A stretch of 64,000 nucleotides of DNA from Azolla caroliniana. Taxonomy: Eukaryota; Plantae; Polypodiophyta. The stretch is taken from positions 13,516,001 to 13,580,000 of the forward strand of contig JBHGNT010000004.1 in assembly GCA_043228905.1 (NCBI GenBank). The letters run 5' to 3'. The position numbers and the translations under genes were made by a program. Under the pieces are notes generated by a model. It saw only the letters and a program-made list of their open reading frames with translations. It was not told where the DNA came from and searched no databases. Shown piece after piece: positions 1-10,918 of the stretch; positions within the stretch are counted from its first letter, which is position 1; each line of letters begins with the position of its first letter.

Positions 1-954
1 GAGTGGCTTCCGAGAGTCCATCGAATGAATCCGGTTTCCCTCGTAGTAGATGAGATCCCGCCGTAGCGCCTCCTTATGCTCGTCACAATCCCTCCGATCG
101 TGTTCGGCGCTATCGCACCAGATGCACCGTCGGTCCGTATACTTGGAGCTTGTGGGGCGGTCATCCGACTTCTTCACCATCGCGATCTTCAGATTCTCCA
201 TCTCCTTCAATAGTTGTTCCACCGTAGATGCATCAATCCCCTTCTCGGTTGTAGTCTCTCGAGCACTCAGTTGATGGTCTTCCAATCCGGTTCTCGGTTT
301 CGGAATCGGTTCCGAAACCCTCTTTTCCTCGTCGGCAAGCCATTGCCCCCTCTTCGTGTATCGCGCGACGATATCCCGCACGCTTTCCCATGTTTTGGTG
401 AGGCCGCTCTCCGTGGTCGTGTCCTCCAAGAGCACTCCGACATCTTTCCGGTCCCGGACGTCCACGGCTTGCAAGAACATGATCACCTTGTCCGGTACGA
501 GGATAGCTTGATCTCTCGCGGACAACCTCCCGAACCGGCTTTCAAATGCCGAAAACACATCAACGACCTTCAATCCCTTGTCCGGCGTCTCCACCCAATC
601 TTCGAATCCCCTTCGCGTCGCCTTGGAGGAATCCTCGATGGCGAACGTCCTCTTTAGCTCTACTTCAAACGCCTCCCATGTCGGATTTTGTTGTCGTAGT
701 CCATGGATGCTTGCTTGAAGCCCGTCGGTCGCCACCCGGTTGAAGGACGTCACTTGCAGTCCTTCCGATATTCCGCACCGTAGCATCTCCGCCTTGTAGT
801 CCCGAAGATACCGCGACACGTCTTTCCCGTTGAATTGCCCGTTTCGTTGCACGAGCCGCTCCACTGATGCCGCTATCTCCGACATCGCGCGTTGTTCTTG
901 TAGCATGCACTCGAACATCATCATCATGTTGCTAACCTCCGGTTGATTTTCCAT
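1..954 (-). pseudogene. gag: Ty3/gypsy gag 5' part (degenerate, runs off window start)
   Basis: Minus-strand translation gives GQFNGKDVSRYLRDYKAEML (cf. GPFTGKDVTRFLQVFDAEML in the gag at 43366) and a CX2CX4HX4C knuckle RRCIWCDSAEHDRRDC. ATG is at 954, just after the PBS. Confidence 0.8.
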
Positions 955-971
955 CTCCTTGCCACCCGGTG

Positions 972-989
972 TTCACGTCGGGTTCACCA
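972..989 (-). promoter_or_regulatory. Primer-binding site, tRNA-Trp type
   Basis: Plus strand TTCACGTCGGGTTCACCA matches my recollection of the plant tRNA-Trp 3' end. It abuts the LTR end, and the same PBS (TGGTGAACCTGACGTG) recurs at 43306. Confidence 0.75.
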
Positions 990-993
990 AATG

Positions 994-1697
994 TGTCGTG
1001 CCCTTCGGCTCCGGATCGTTGCGTGAGTCGGGTGGGAACCGCCGAGGTTTTTGACTAGGAGGAAGAGGAATACAACTTAAGGCTAGTTATGAATAGTGGA
1101 AAGAGAAGTAAGATAGCAATCTCGTGAATCCCACGAGTTTAGTGTAATTAAAACAATATTTAGATTATAAGAGCAATTAGATGGCAAAATTCGTGAATCC
1201 CACGAATATATTAGATTGATCAAACCTTGTATATTAATCAACAACCTTATACATATTTCTCTCCTCCTTATATAAAGATGGAAGAGGCTAAGCATGGCTT
1301 CATGCTTTTTCACCTAAAGTGTCCATGCACACTAAATGTGCATGTGATGCTTTGTCATTTCCTAAATATAGGGCTCATGCACGCTAGATGTGCATGAGTC
1401 ACTTTTAATGGCACGTGTAAATAAAATATTCACACTCTAAAGAATAAACGATTTTTACCTTTTAATAAAGGTATGTGTAAATAAAGGTCTTATACGTATT
1501 AAATCTATATTTATAACACTAAAGATAAGTTATTACAATGGTAAAGTTGGGGTTTATCTACGTGGAGGTGCATGGTTTGAATCCTGCCCTATGCACGTGA
1601 TAAATTCTTTTGATATATTATTTATTTATTTATATGTATCTAAAATCGGATATATTATTTTATGGTTTTCACGTAGTGTGTGGAATACACTACGACA
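994..1697 (-). repeat. 5' LTR of the gypsy element, with an antisense tRNA-like module (~1525-1592)
   Basis: TGTCGT...ACGACA termini. Same layout as the LTRs at 55771 and 57301: AT run, tRNA-like box, CATG-rich block, TATA. Confidence 0.7.
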
Positions 1698-3950
1698 ACG
1701 CGCAAAGAGAAGGTGAAGAAGAAGATGTCGGAATATGATACCGGCAGTGAAGGGTTGGATCGGAACGAATCTAATCCTTCAAAGGAAGAAGGAAGATCTT
1801 TAGAAAGGAAGTCTGAACAGGCCAAGAAGGGCCTCAAACTAGGTAACAAAAAGTTACGCCGGTTAACCCGTCAAAAGAAAACCGTCATGAGGTTTGGATA
1901 CAATGAGTACATGGTGCATCACTATGCGTACATGACTAAGGTGGCGGAAGTGCGTGAGCTGGAGAGCTACGCATAAGTAGCAAAAGGCACAAATTGGTGT
2001 GCTGCTATGGAGGAAGGAATGCGGGCACTTGATGCCAACAACACATGGGACCTGGTTGACTCTCCCCGATAGTGGAAACTGATCGGTTACAAGTGGGTGT
2101 ACAAGGTAAAGTACAACGCTGACGGTTCGGTCAACTGGTACAAAGCCCGGTTAGTGGCAAAGGGATACACACAGACCGACGGAATCGACTACGACGAGAC
2201 ATTCGCTCCAGTAGCGAAGATGACGATGGTTTGTGTGGTACTGGCTGTTATTGTGGCAAGGGGATGGCATCTTCATCAAATGGATGTGAAGAATGCATTC
2301 CTTCAAGGTGATCTTGAAGAATGGGTCTATCTGACCCAACCCCCTGGTTTCCAATCGGAGGTGAACAAGTCGGGAGTGGGCCGACTCAAGAAGTCGCTTT
2401 ACGGTCTGAAACAAGCCCCCCGAGCTTGGAATGCGAAGATCACACACCGGTTGCGTAAGATGGGGTTTGTGGCCTGTAAGTCCAACTCTTCATTGTTCAT
2501 CTGGAATGGTTCGGTTTGCATTTTGCTTTATGTAGATGATTTAGTCATCACTGGACCCGGCCTCAATGAAATTGGCCGAGTGGAGTCCCAGCTGTCGGAC
2601 GCATTTGAAATGAGGGACCTAGGGGACCTTCATTATTTTCTTGGGATCGAGGTGATCTGGACCCCCGACGACATATTGCTCTCACAACACCATTATGTGT
2701 TGAATATGTTGTACAAGTTCGGCATGACGGAATGCTGACCGATCTCCACACCCCTAGACCAGAACCTGAAGCTACATCCCGACTCTGGACAGGGCAAATT
2801 GTTGGAAGCCTCATATACTTCACAATCACTCGACCCAACATCAGTTACCCGGTCGGAGTGATCAAACAGTTCATGCAGAAGCCAACCGTCGAGCACATTC
2901 AGTGCACACATCGGATACTCCGATATGTTAGTGGCACGAAGTACCGGGAATTGTTATACTGACACGATATAGCTGGGAAGCTAGTCAGATATACCGATGC
3001 CGACTGGGCTGGTGATGCATTGTATTGCCAATCCACATCCGGTTATATGTTTTCTCTTGGTAGTATGGTTGTTGCGTGGAGCAGCAAAAAGCAGCCGACA
3101 ATGTCTTTGTCGAGCACTGAGGCTGAATACCGGGGCACTACCATTGCCCCCTATGAAGCCATATGGCTTCGCCAACTGCTGCGAGACCTCCGGATCGAAG
3201 TGCCGACCCTGATCTTGATCTATTGCGACAATGTAAGCAGCATACAACTCGCCAAAAACCATGTATTCCATGCTCGAACAAAGCACATAGAAGTGCATTA
3301 TCACTTTGTTCGTGAGCGGGTCCTGAGCGGTGAAGTTGAACTTCGGTATTTTCACACGGATTGGCAGGTTGCCGACATCTTCACCAAGCCGCTTAGATCG
3401 GACACGTTGCAACATTTTTCGGAGATTCCTGGCATTCAACATCTCGATGTGCCGCACTTGAGGGGGAGAGTAGGACCGTGAACGGATGGCACCGGACAAG
3501 GAGTCGGAGAGGAAGAAAGAACCAGGGGGGGAGGTAAGAAGAAAAATGAAGCCAAGCTAACCAAAGGAGTGGGCACATCCGAACAAGTCGGAGAAAGCGG
3601 CAAAGGCGGTAGAGTCAAGAAGGACAGAACCGATCGGAAGCAGGCCAAGACCCGAACGTGGTCCGATGTGGTGAAGGTCCTAAAAACAGAAGACGAGTTG
3701 GAGACTATCAACTCGGACAAGAGCCGAAAGAGTAGGAGGCAACCGATTCCGACAAGAGCTGGAACGAAATGGAGGAAGCCGATTCGGTTCAAGATTCGGA
3801 GGAGTCGGATGAACTAAAGGCCAAGCGGACGAGAAGGTAGCGGAAGTTGACACTGATATAGAGGAACCGATGGGTAGACAAGTGTCGAAGTCATAGCAGT
3901 AAGGGAACTGAGAGTTTTAGACCGTGAGGTCGATACAAGGAGTGCGCGCA
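1698..3950 (+). mobile_element. Truncated Ty1/copia (RT-RNase H plus 3' region), pseudogenised
   Basis: KARLVAKGY, QMDVKNAFL, SLYGLKQAPRAW, YVDDL and [16 protein letters not shown] motifs with stops and frameshifts. Right end is approximate. Confidence 0.92.
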
Positions 3951-4615
3951 GTATACAATCGGTGGATGGGTGTATGTGAGGGAGAATGAGAGTGAAAGAG
4001 AGAGAGAGAGAGAGAGAAAGATGAGAAAGATATATATGTACAAAGTTTAGAGAAAGAGAGAGATACACTAAAAACTAATTCATATTAACAAACTTAAAAG
4101 GTAATACAAAGGAATGGTCGATGTGGCAAACTAGTTTCGCTCTTAAAGAGCTCATCAGTGCACATGACCATGTAGAATTTGAGGGGTTTTTATAGGGAAG
4201 ATAAGGGGGGGGGGGAGTGTGTGTGTGTGTGTATGTGTGTGTGAGTGTTCAAATTTGATGATGTGGGAGGTATGGGGGTTGATATATTTGGTGTGGGATA
4301 AAAGATTTTATGGGCTTATTTGAAAACAAGTAGGGGAGTGTGAGAGAGAAAGAGAGAGGAAGGGTAGAAGAGAAGTGTGTGATGTGGGAGTTAGGGAGGG
4401 TGAAGTATATTGGTGTGTATGAAAAGATTGTATGGAGATCTTTGAAAACAGGAGGGGGGTATGAGAGGGCAAGGGTAGGAAGCTAAATTGAGAACAATTG
4501 GAGGGTAGATTGGAAATTAAAGTGGAGGAGGAAAGGGTAGAGTGAGATTAAGAAGAATGAAAGAGGGAGGGATAGAAGAATATTACAAAAAGAGGGAGGG
4601 GTAGAGCGATAATAG

Positions 4616-4858
4616 AACACCAACGGATGTGAGCAACCATGTGCGGTCCTCACAAGAGACACAAACACCAACGGAAATGAGCGACCATGTGCGGTCCTCA
4701 CCGGGAATTGGAACACCAATGAGCATGAGAGACCACATACAGTCCTCACCAAAGACGCGAACACCAACGGGCATGAGCGATCATGTGTGGTCCTCACCGG
4801 AGACACGAACACCAACAGATGTGAGCGACCTTGCACGGTCCTCACCGGGAACTGGAAC
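4616..4858. repeat. Tandem repeat, 48-bp unit x5
   Basis: Unit AACACCAACGGATGTGAGCAACCATGTGCGGTCCTCACAAGAGACACA and variants. Lies in the internal region of the minus-strand LTR element. Confidence 0.9.
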
Positions 4859-5430
4859 AATTGACGACAATGAAGGCTAGGCAAAGTAGTGTTGATGACA
4901 ACAACAAGAGAGTTGAAGATGATGATGTCGAAGACGAGGCAATGAAGGTAATGATGTTGATGAAGCGACTTTGGAAGAAATGAGTTTGACTATGGCAATG
5001 ATGGAAACAGAGAAAGAGATAAAGAGGATAAGAAACATAGAGATCGAGGTGTTGAGGTTCTGAAGAAACAAAAATACACAGATATAGAGGATGAGAGAAA
5101 ACACAAAGACAAGGATGAAGGTGATAGGAAAGACAGTGAAAGGGACGGAGATAATAAGAAACACATTGATAGAGATAGAAACCATAGGAAACACACAGAG
5201 AAGGATGACAATGACAAAAAATGCAAAGATAGGGATGTGGAAGATGATAAGAAGTGCAAAGATAGAGATGATGATGAGAATAAACTAAGAGATAGAGATG
5301 GTGAGGAAGATAGAAAACGAAGGGATGTTGATGATGGTAACTCTAGAACCAATGACGGTGACGATGGTAACTCTAGAAGCAAGGGCAATGACGAAGATGG
5401 GTAATGCTTCTAGTAGGGAGGGATTCAAAC

Positions 5431-6095
5431 TATCAAGGACACACCAACGCTAGACTATGACAAAGCACAGATGACAAGGCTACGACTGATAAGGTTACGA
5501 ATGTGGAACTCGACGTGATGATGCTAGAAACTCGAGAAGTTGGGAGCAATGAGATGAGGAACTTAAGACTCTAGGAACAATACAAGAGCATAAAGACAAA
5601 GATGTAAATCAAGGAGAGAAGATGGGCTAAACAAGAATACTAGATTGATGTGTCAATGACTGGTGTTGAATCCCTACAAAGGGACCAAGGAGGTTACAAG
5701 TATTTATACTTTGGGTCGAAGTACATGCATTATAATATTTTGGAGAATATTCTAGAACCCTCTAGAACCTTCTAGTTCTAAAACTTTCTAAAAGCTCCTA
5801 GAACTTGAAATAGATAATCTACTAATAATCTACTAAGATATACATAACATGACCATATATTTGGATGTGTTGGTTAGAACACAATACTTGCCTATATATG
5901 TCAAGAGGTCAAGAGTTCTAGAACCTTATAGTTCTAAAACTTTCTAAACACTCCTAGAACTTGAAATAGATAATCTACTAATAATCTACTAAGGTATATA
6001 TAACATGACCATATATTTGGATGTATTGGTTAGAACACAATACTTGACAATACTTGACTATATATGTCAAGAGGTCAAGAGTTCAAATCTTGACA
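5431..6095 (-). repeat. 5' LTR of a self-priming chromovirus-like element inserted into the methyltransferase gene
   Basis: Minus-strand termini TGTCAAG...CTTGATA and TATAAATA at 5708-5701. The self-priming pair is 5666-5675 with 5419-5428. Contains an internal 156-bp tandem duplication (5761-5916 / 5917-6082). Confidence 0.7.
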
Positions 6096-8588
6096 TGAAT
6101 GGAGAGAGTTAATGTAGTGTAAACTGGTCAGGAAAGGGCAAGTGTTTAATCTGCCTATAACACACATCCATCGACCCCCTATTGATGAAGACCACTTGAG
6201 ATTAGAGAGCCACATCGAATGCATGTTCAAAATCTCAAGAAAAAAATGAAAATTAATCCTCATGCTACCGTTGTGCCTTTTATTGTTATGGTGGATCCTG
6301 AAGAATGTGAAACCATTGAAGATTTTGATATAAGAAAGCATGATCAATATAATTACTTTGTCATTGGTGGATCGCATTCAGCGGAGGCACGTCGGCAACT
6401 TGTGAGAGAACATCCAACGACTTTCTTCTTCAAGTATGTCGAGTGCAAAATTTACTTGGGTCTCACAACTGAAGAGGCAAAGTTGTTGGCATGGGACCAC
6501 AATAACGATAATGACTATAGGTAGAAAATGTCATCGATTGAGCGTATAAGGTTCTTCCACCACGAGTGTTTGGACGTCAAACAAAAGTTTGGTGTGATGC
6601 TACATCCAAGCCTACGACGTCAATGCTTCCATGAAGTCGGCATTGTGGTAGATGATAATGTTAAGTCCGATGGTCCTCGAAAAATATGAGTCTTGGTTTC
6701 AACTGGCCTTTAGAGATGGAGAAGTATGGGACCTACAGGATCAAATCTTGTCAATGTGGGAGAATAAGGAGGTCAAGGGTCAACGACAAAAGAAATTTAA
6801 GGTAGACCCTCAACTAGAATTAAAGTCACAAGCGGCCAAGAAAATTGACTTGACAATTGAAGAAGCGGCTGACGACATGAAGTTGTCTCTATGGAGAGCG
6901 ATGCAAGGTATTAAGGACGAGCAGCTTCTTGTGTCTGTTTTGTCAAGGGTTGTGGCCAAAGATTTAAGCCTTGAAGAAATGGTCACTCAGTTCAATAAGT
7001 AAGTCTTTCAAATACTGATATTGAAGTCTATATGGTGCAATTGAAATTTCTAATCTCGTTTTCTAATTTCATAGTCATAAGGTGTACATGAAGATCCAAG
7101 AAGTTATGATGAAACAACTTGGATGTATAACTTGGGAACAAGTGACCGAGGATTATCCTCTAACGTCTTCATATAAGGCGTTATCAGAGTATTTTATTCC
7201 ATTCAAGGATTGGGTTAGTATTGGTGGTTTTTCATTAAGCTTTCATCATATCTAGAGCTTGTATAATAAAACTTGATGTCCTATTGCTTCTATTAAAAAA
7301 CGTGTCATGGCAAGAAACAAGGAGAAGTTAAGGATATATACGATTTCCGGACATCCTTCCTTGCACATCTCGAGAGAGCCAGAAAAGAAAAGGATCGTCG
7401 CTTAGTCAAGGCGTACGAAATGGAGGAAGATAGCTCCTTCAAAAAATTTAGCCACAAAAAAGATATTATGAGAGATCTTTACTACAATGTGGTTTGCGGC
7501 GATGTCGTTGACATGATCCAAAAAGTGCCAAAGAAGGAATATACACTAATGATTGCGGATATTCCTTACGGATTTCGAATGGCAGGGTCATCATACGACG
7601 ATGAACCGTTTAGGTTTAAACAATTGGAGAAGATGGTCAAGGATTTTGCTGAGCTAACAATTGTATCCTTGTGGAGAATAGTTTTCTTTCATAGTATGGA
7701 CCAAGGGTACTCGGTAGCTCAAGCTTTGAGATCTCGTTGCCATGGCATCGAGAACCTTGCATGGTAAGGATTATTTATATGTCTCATTCACTATATTGCC
7801 TTTCTTAAGATTGTTCAATCTATTCTTAACTCGATGTAATATTTTTTATAGGATAAAAACCAATGTAAATAGAGGGCCAACTTTTCGGTTCGTTAATGCC
7901 ATTGAATACATCACGGTTGGCTACTTCGATGAAATTAAGAAACAAAGAATCAAGGAGCATTCTAATGAAGTGGGAGGTTCAAATATGCCGGTGTATCCAG
8001 CAGTGATACGGAAATTGCAACATGTCACCACGACAGAACGGGGACTTGTCAACCCATACCAAAAACCTCAACAACTTATGATGCGCTTGATCGAGATGTT
8101 TTTTGTCGAAGGAGACTGGATATTAGATCTCTTTTCTGGCACAGGTATTCCTCGAACTAGGGTAACGATCTTGAGATAACCAATACTGAATCTTTTTTGT
8201 TTGAGAACTAATTCTTCTTGTTACTTTCTTCACAGGAACAACGTTTGCATGTGCATTGAAGCTCTTTAGAAACACAGTTGCATTGGAGAAGGACGAGAAG
8301 CAGGTTATATTTATAAACATGAGGATTAAGGCTTTGTGGGGGTGCCCAAACTAGGACGAGGAGGTCGGTGCAAAGAACCTCGCTGATACAGAAAAGTTTC
8401 AACCTGCTTCGCGAGAGCCTATTCCTCCGTTAGCCGGGGAACCAGGGGAGCTAATAGAGCTTGATGATGAGCTTATAGAAGATATTTCATTGGCTCAACT
8501 AACAGGGGAAGCCAATGCACGTATAGCCGAAGAGACTTCTATACAGGATGATGAAGAAAATGACATTGACGATTTGATTGCTGTGTAA
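6096..8588 (+). pseudogene. ParB-like domain fused to a beta-class N4C/N6A DNA methyltransferase; spliced, decayed, 5' end cut by an LTR insertion
   Basis: ParB/Srx-like HVQNLKKKM..PFIVMV..YFVIGGSHSAEARRQL. MTase motifs occur in beta order: CGDVVDMI, LMIADIPYG (7558-7569), W-IK, NPYQKPQQLMMRLIEMF, GDWILDLFSGTG|TTFACALKLFRNTVALEKD. GT-AG introns 6999-7074, 7764-7851 and 8145-8235 restore the frame; a fourth starts at 7214 with a decayed acceptor. In-frame TAG stops at 6522 and 8352, plus frameshifts. Confidence 0.85.
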
Positions 8589-9503
8589 TAGACTCTATGA
8601 AGAAAATGACATTGACGATTTGTTTGGATTTCACATTATTAATACAAATTTTGGGTTTTACTTGGTGGATTCTATTCTTTATAATCTTCTATATGTTTCA
8701 ATTTTATTTTTATATACTTAGTTAGTAGACTTATGACATTGGTTTCACCGCGTGCATAGCTGACTACCAAATTTATGGAGAAACATGAATTAGTTTAAAT
8801 TGAGGCTGATTTTGGTCCAAGTTTACCTTAACATAACATGGTCATAGAATTGTTGCCATGATTGTCCATGTTGTTATTATGGATCTTTGTCTGCTATTGT
8901 TAAAACTATTATGTTTCTATTCCATTGCTGCTTAGATTGTGTAGTGTGTTGATAATGGTTCCATTAGCGTTATCCACATGTTTTTAAATGCTTGTAGTTG
9001 CACTAGCGTTATCGTTTGGAGTTTGATCCCGTGTGAATCACCTAAGCGATAGAGTAGATTAATTTTAAATACAAGTATGAAAGCCTTAATAGGTTTGTTA
9101 TTTCCAATCACATTATCCTAAAGTTCACTGTCTTACATTGTCCACAATTATATACATGAACGTATAGGTCAAAGTATAAATTATAACTCATTTTATTAGT
9201 ATGGTTACAAGTACACCTCATACTTTTGTAAAACTTACCAAATTAATATAAGTCTTTAACTTAGTGTTTCCCATGTCACACATTAATGACATATTGAACC
9301 ATTGTTGAACTTTATTATGCCTACATTAACTTATTAACATGTCCAAACTTGCATGATTTCTAATGATCTCCACTCGTAGACCTATCATGTATTTTTATAT
9401 TTGCAAATTCTAGTCAAGTTGTGGAATATGTGATACTAGTGCATCCAATTTTTGTAGAGAGGAGGGTGTATTTGGATAGTTTCAAGAAGATTCTACAAGT
9501 GGA

Positions 9504-9539
9504 ATGTGCAATCCTTCCACTTGTGAATGTGAACGTGTT
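9504..9539 (+). repeat. Terminal inverted repeat (arm A)
   Basis: ATGTGCAATCCTTCCACTTGTGAATGTGAACGTGTT versus ATGCGCGATCCTTCCACTTGTGAACGCGAACGTGTT at 22777. The 4 differences are all CpG transitions. Confidence 0.85.
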
Positions 9540-10234
9540 AGTATACAACTAGCCCGAAATCCGGTCTTCCATGCCCAAACGTAGCATATTGAGGTGCACT
9601 ACCACTATGTTCGGGAGTGTATCATCGGGGGAGACATCGATCTTCAACATGTCGGCACTGACCATGAAACGATTAATATCTTTAGCAAAGCGCTTGGAGC
9701 AGACAAGCTTCAACAATTTTTGATGGTGCTTGGCCCTTCGGCCACTCGACATCTCAAGCTTGAGGGGGAGGGAAGCCAGACAAGAACCGAGATGAGTCGG
9801 AAGCCAAAAGCAATGGAACCCAGAACTAACAAGTGTCGAAAACTGACAAGGGCGACGCCGAAAGCCGAACTAAAAGTTGGACAACACACTTGAGCTTAAG
9901 GGGGGTGTTGACACATCAAGCTCAACTAGTTTAGTCAACCGTGTAACTTAATACTTACATAAATAGGATTTAGTTAATGTGTTGACTATAAAGTCTTAAA
10001 TAAGATTTTTTTACTTGTACTTAAGTGAGATACATTCTAGATCCCCCACTTCCAAGTTCATTTAATAGAGGACTTCCACCCTTGTACCTATATTCTCCTC
10101 TCACGTGTGCACCATTGCACATGCGATGTATACGTATCCCATTGTGGGTATTTTTGTAACTTGATGCTTATTATTATAGAGCCTTGCTCTTGTTAATCAT
10201 CCCCCATTTTGTCATATTGTTCATAAGCGTACTT

Positions 10235-10265
<31 letters not shown>

Positions 10266-10361
10266 ACTTCCTTTTTCTCTCACACACACACATATCACAT
10301 AGTCTTCCGTTGCTTAATCACATACGTGATTAACTAATAGTTAATTACCTAATTATTTACA
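9540..10361 (+). mobile_element. Copia RNase H 3' half, PPT and 3' LTR (9906-10361)
   Basis: SIQLARNPVFHAQT*HIEVHYHYVRE, then PPT AAGGGGGG and TGTTGACAC...TTTACA. The LTR resembles the one at 25973-26416. Confidence 0.85.
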
Positions 10362-10918
10362 GATAATTAATCATAGTTTTGCTTTGATATCTCTTGTCCC
10401 AACTATGTTTTGAGGACTTTTTGAGACGCCCATGGTTTATAGTTGTCACACATGTGACCACCTTATATGCAGTATATAGTATAAGGTCCATGATCCATCC
10501 ATACAATAACCACCTTATATGCAATATATAGTATAAGGTTCATCATTACCATCACGATTTATCTAGAGATGAGGGGATCCCATGGTGCATTAGGGATAGG
10601 GTATCATATCATATTCCATCCATTTTAAATTTTATTTAATCTACGAAAAAATAAAACAGAAACAATGTATTTATGTATGTATGTGTACGACTCCTTCCGT
10701 ATTTCCATCCAAGCCTTCTTTTACTGCTGGAACTAACTAAACCATCTCCTTGCTTCGTGATCTACATCTGTAGGTAGATTCTGTGGAGTATTGCGATAAT
10801 TACAGACAAACTTATCATGTAACGTCGGTATTATTTACAATTATTTATTGTAGCGCCTTTTTATCCGTTGGAAGACCCAGACATCATTATTTGGCTTACC
10901 TTAAAGCAGGGCCTCTTC

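Larger units (their letters stand above)
6096..9539 (+). mobile_element. DNA transposon arm A (methyltransferase arm)
   Basis: Ends in the 36-bp terminus shared with 22777-22812 and is followed immediately by AGTA and resumed copia RNase H. Confidence 0.8.

Noticed and set aside
992-1518. A shorter LTR ending at TAACA 1518
   Set aside because: The layout matches the 55771 and 57301 LTRs only when extended to ACGACA at 1697.
4877-5388. Hydrophobic or Ser/Leu-rich ORFs as membrane or env-like proteins
   Set aside because: They are by-products of GA/TC low-complexity sequence, open in several frames with no motifs.
6096-8588. Bacterial or phage contamination as the source of the methyltransferase
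   Set aside because: GT-AG introns restore the motifs, a plant LTR is inserted in the gene, and the flanks are copia sequence.
9495-9539. Helitron 3' end (hairpin near terminus)
   Set aside because: There is no CTRR end. The same terminus occurs on both arms, with a 4-bp duplication and a DDD transposase.
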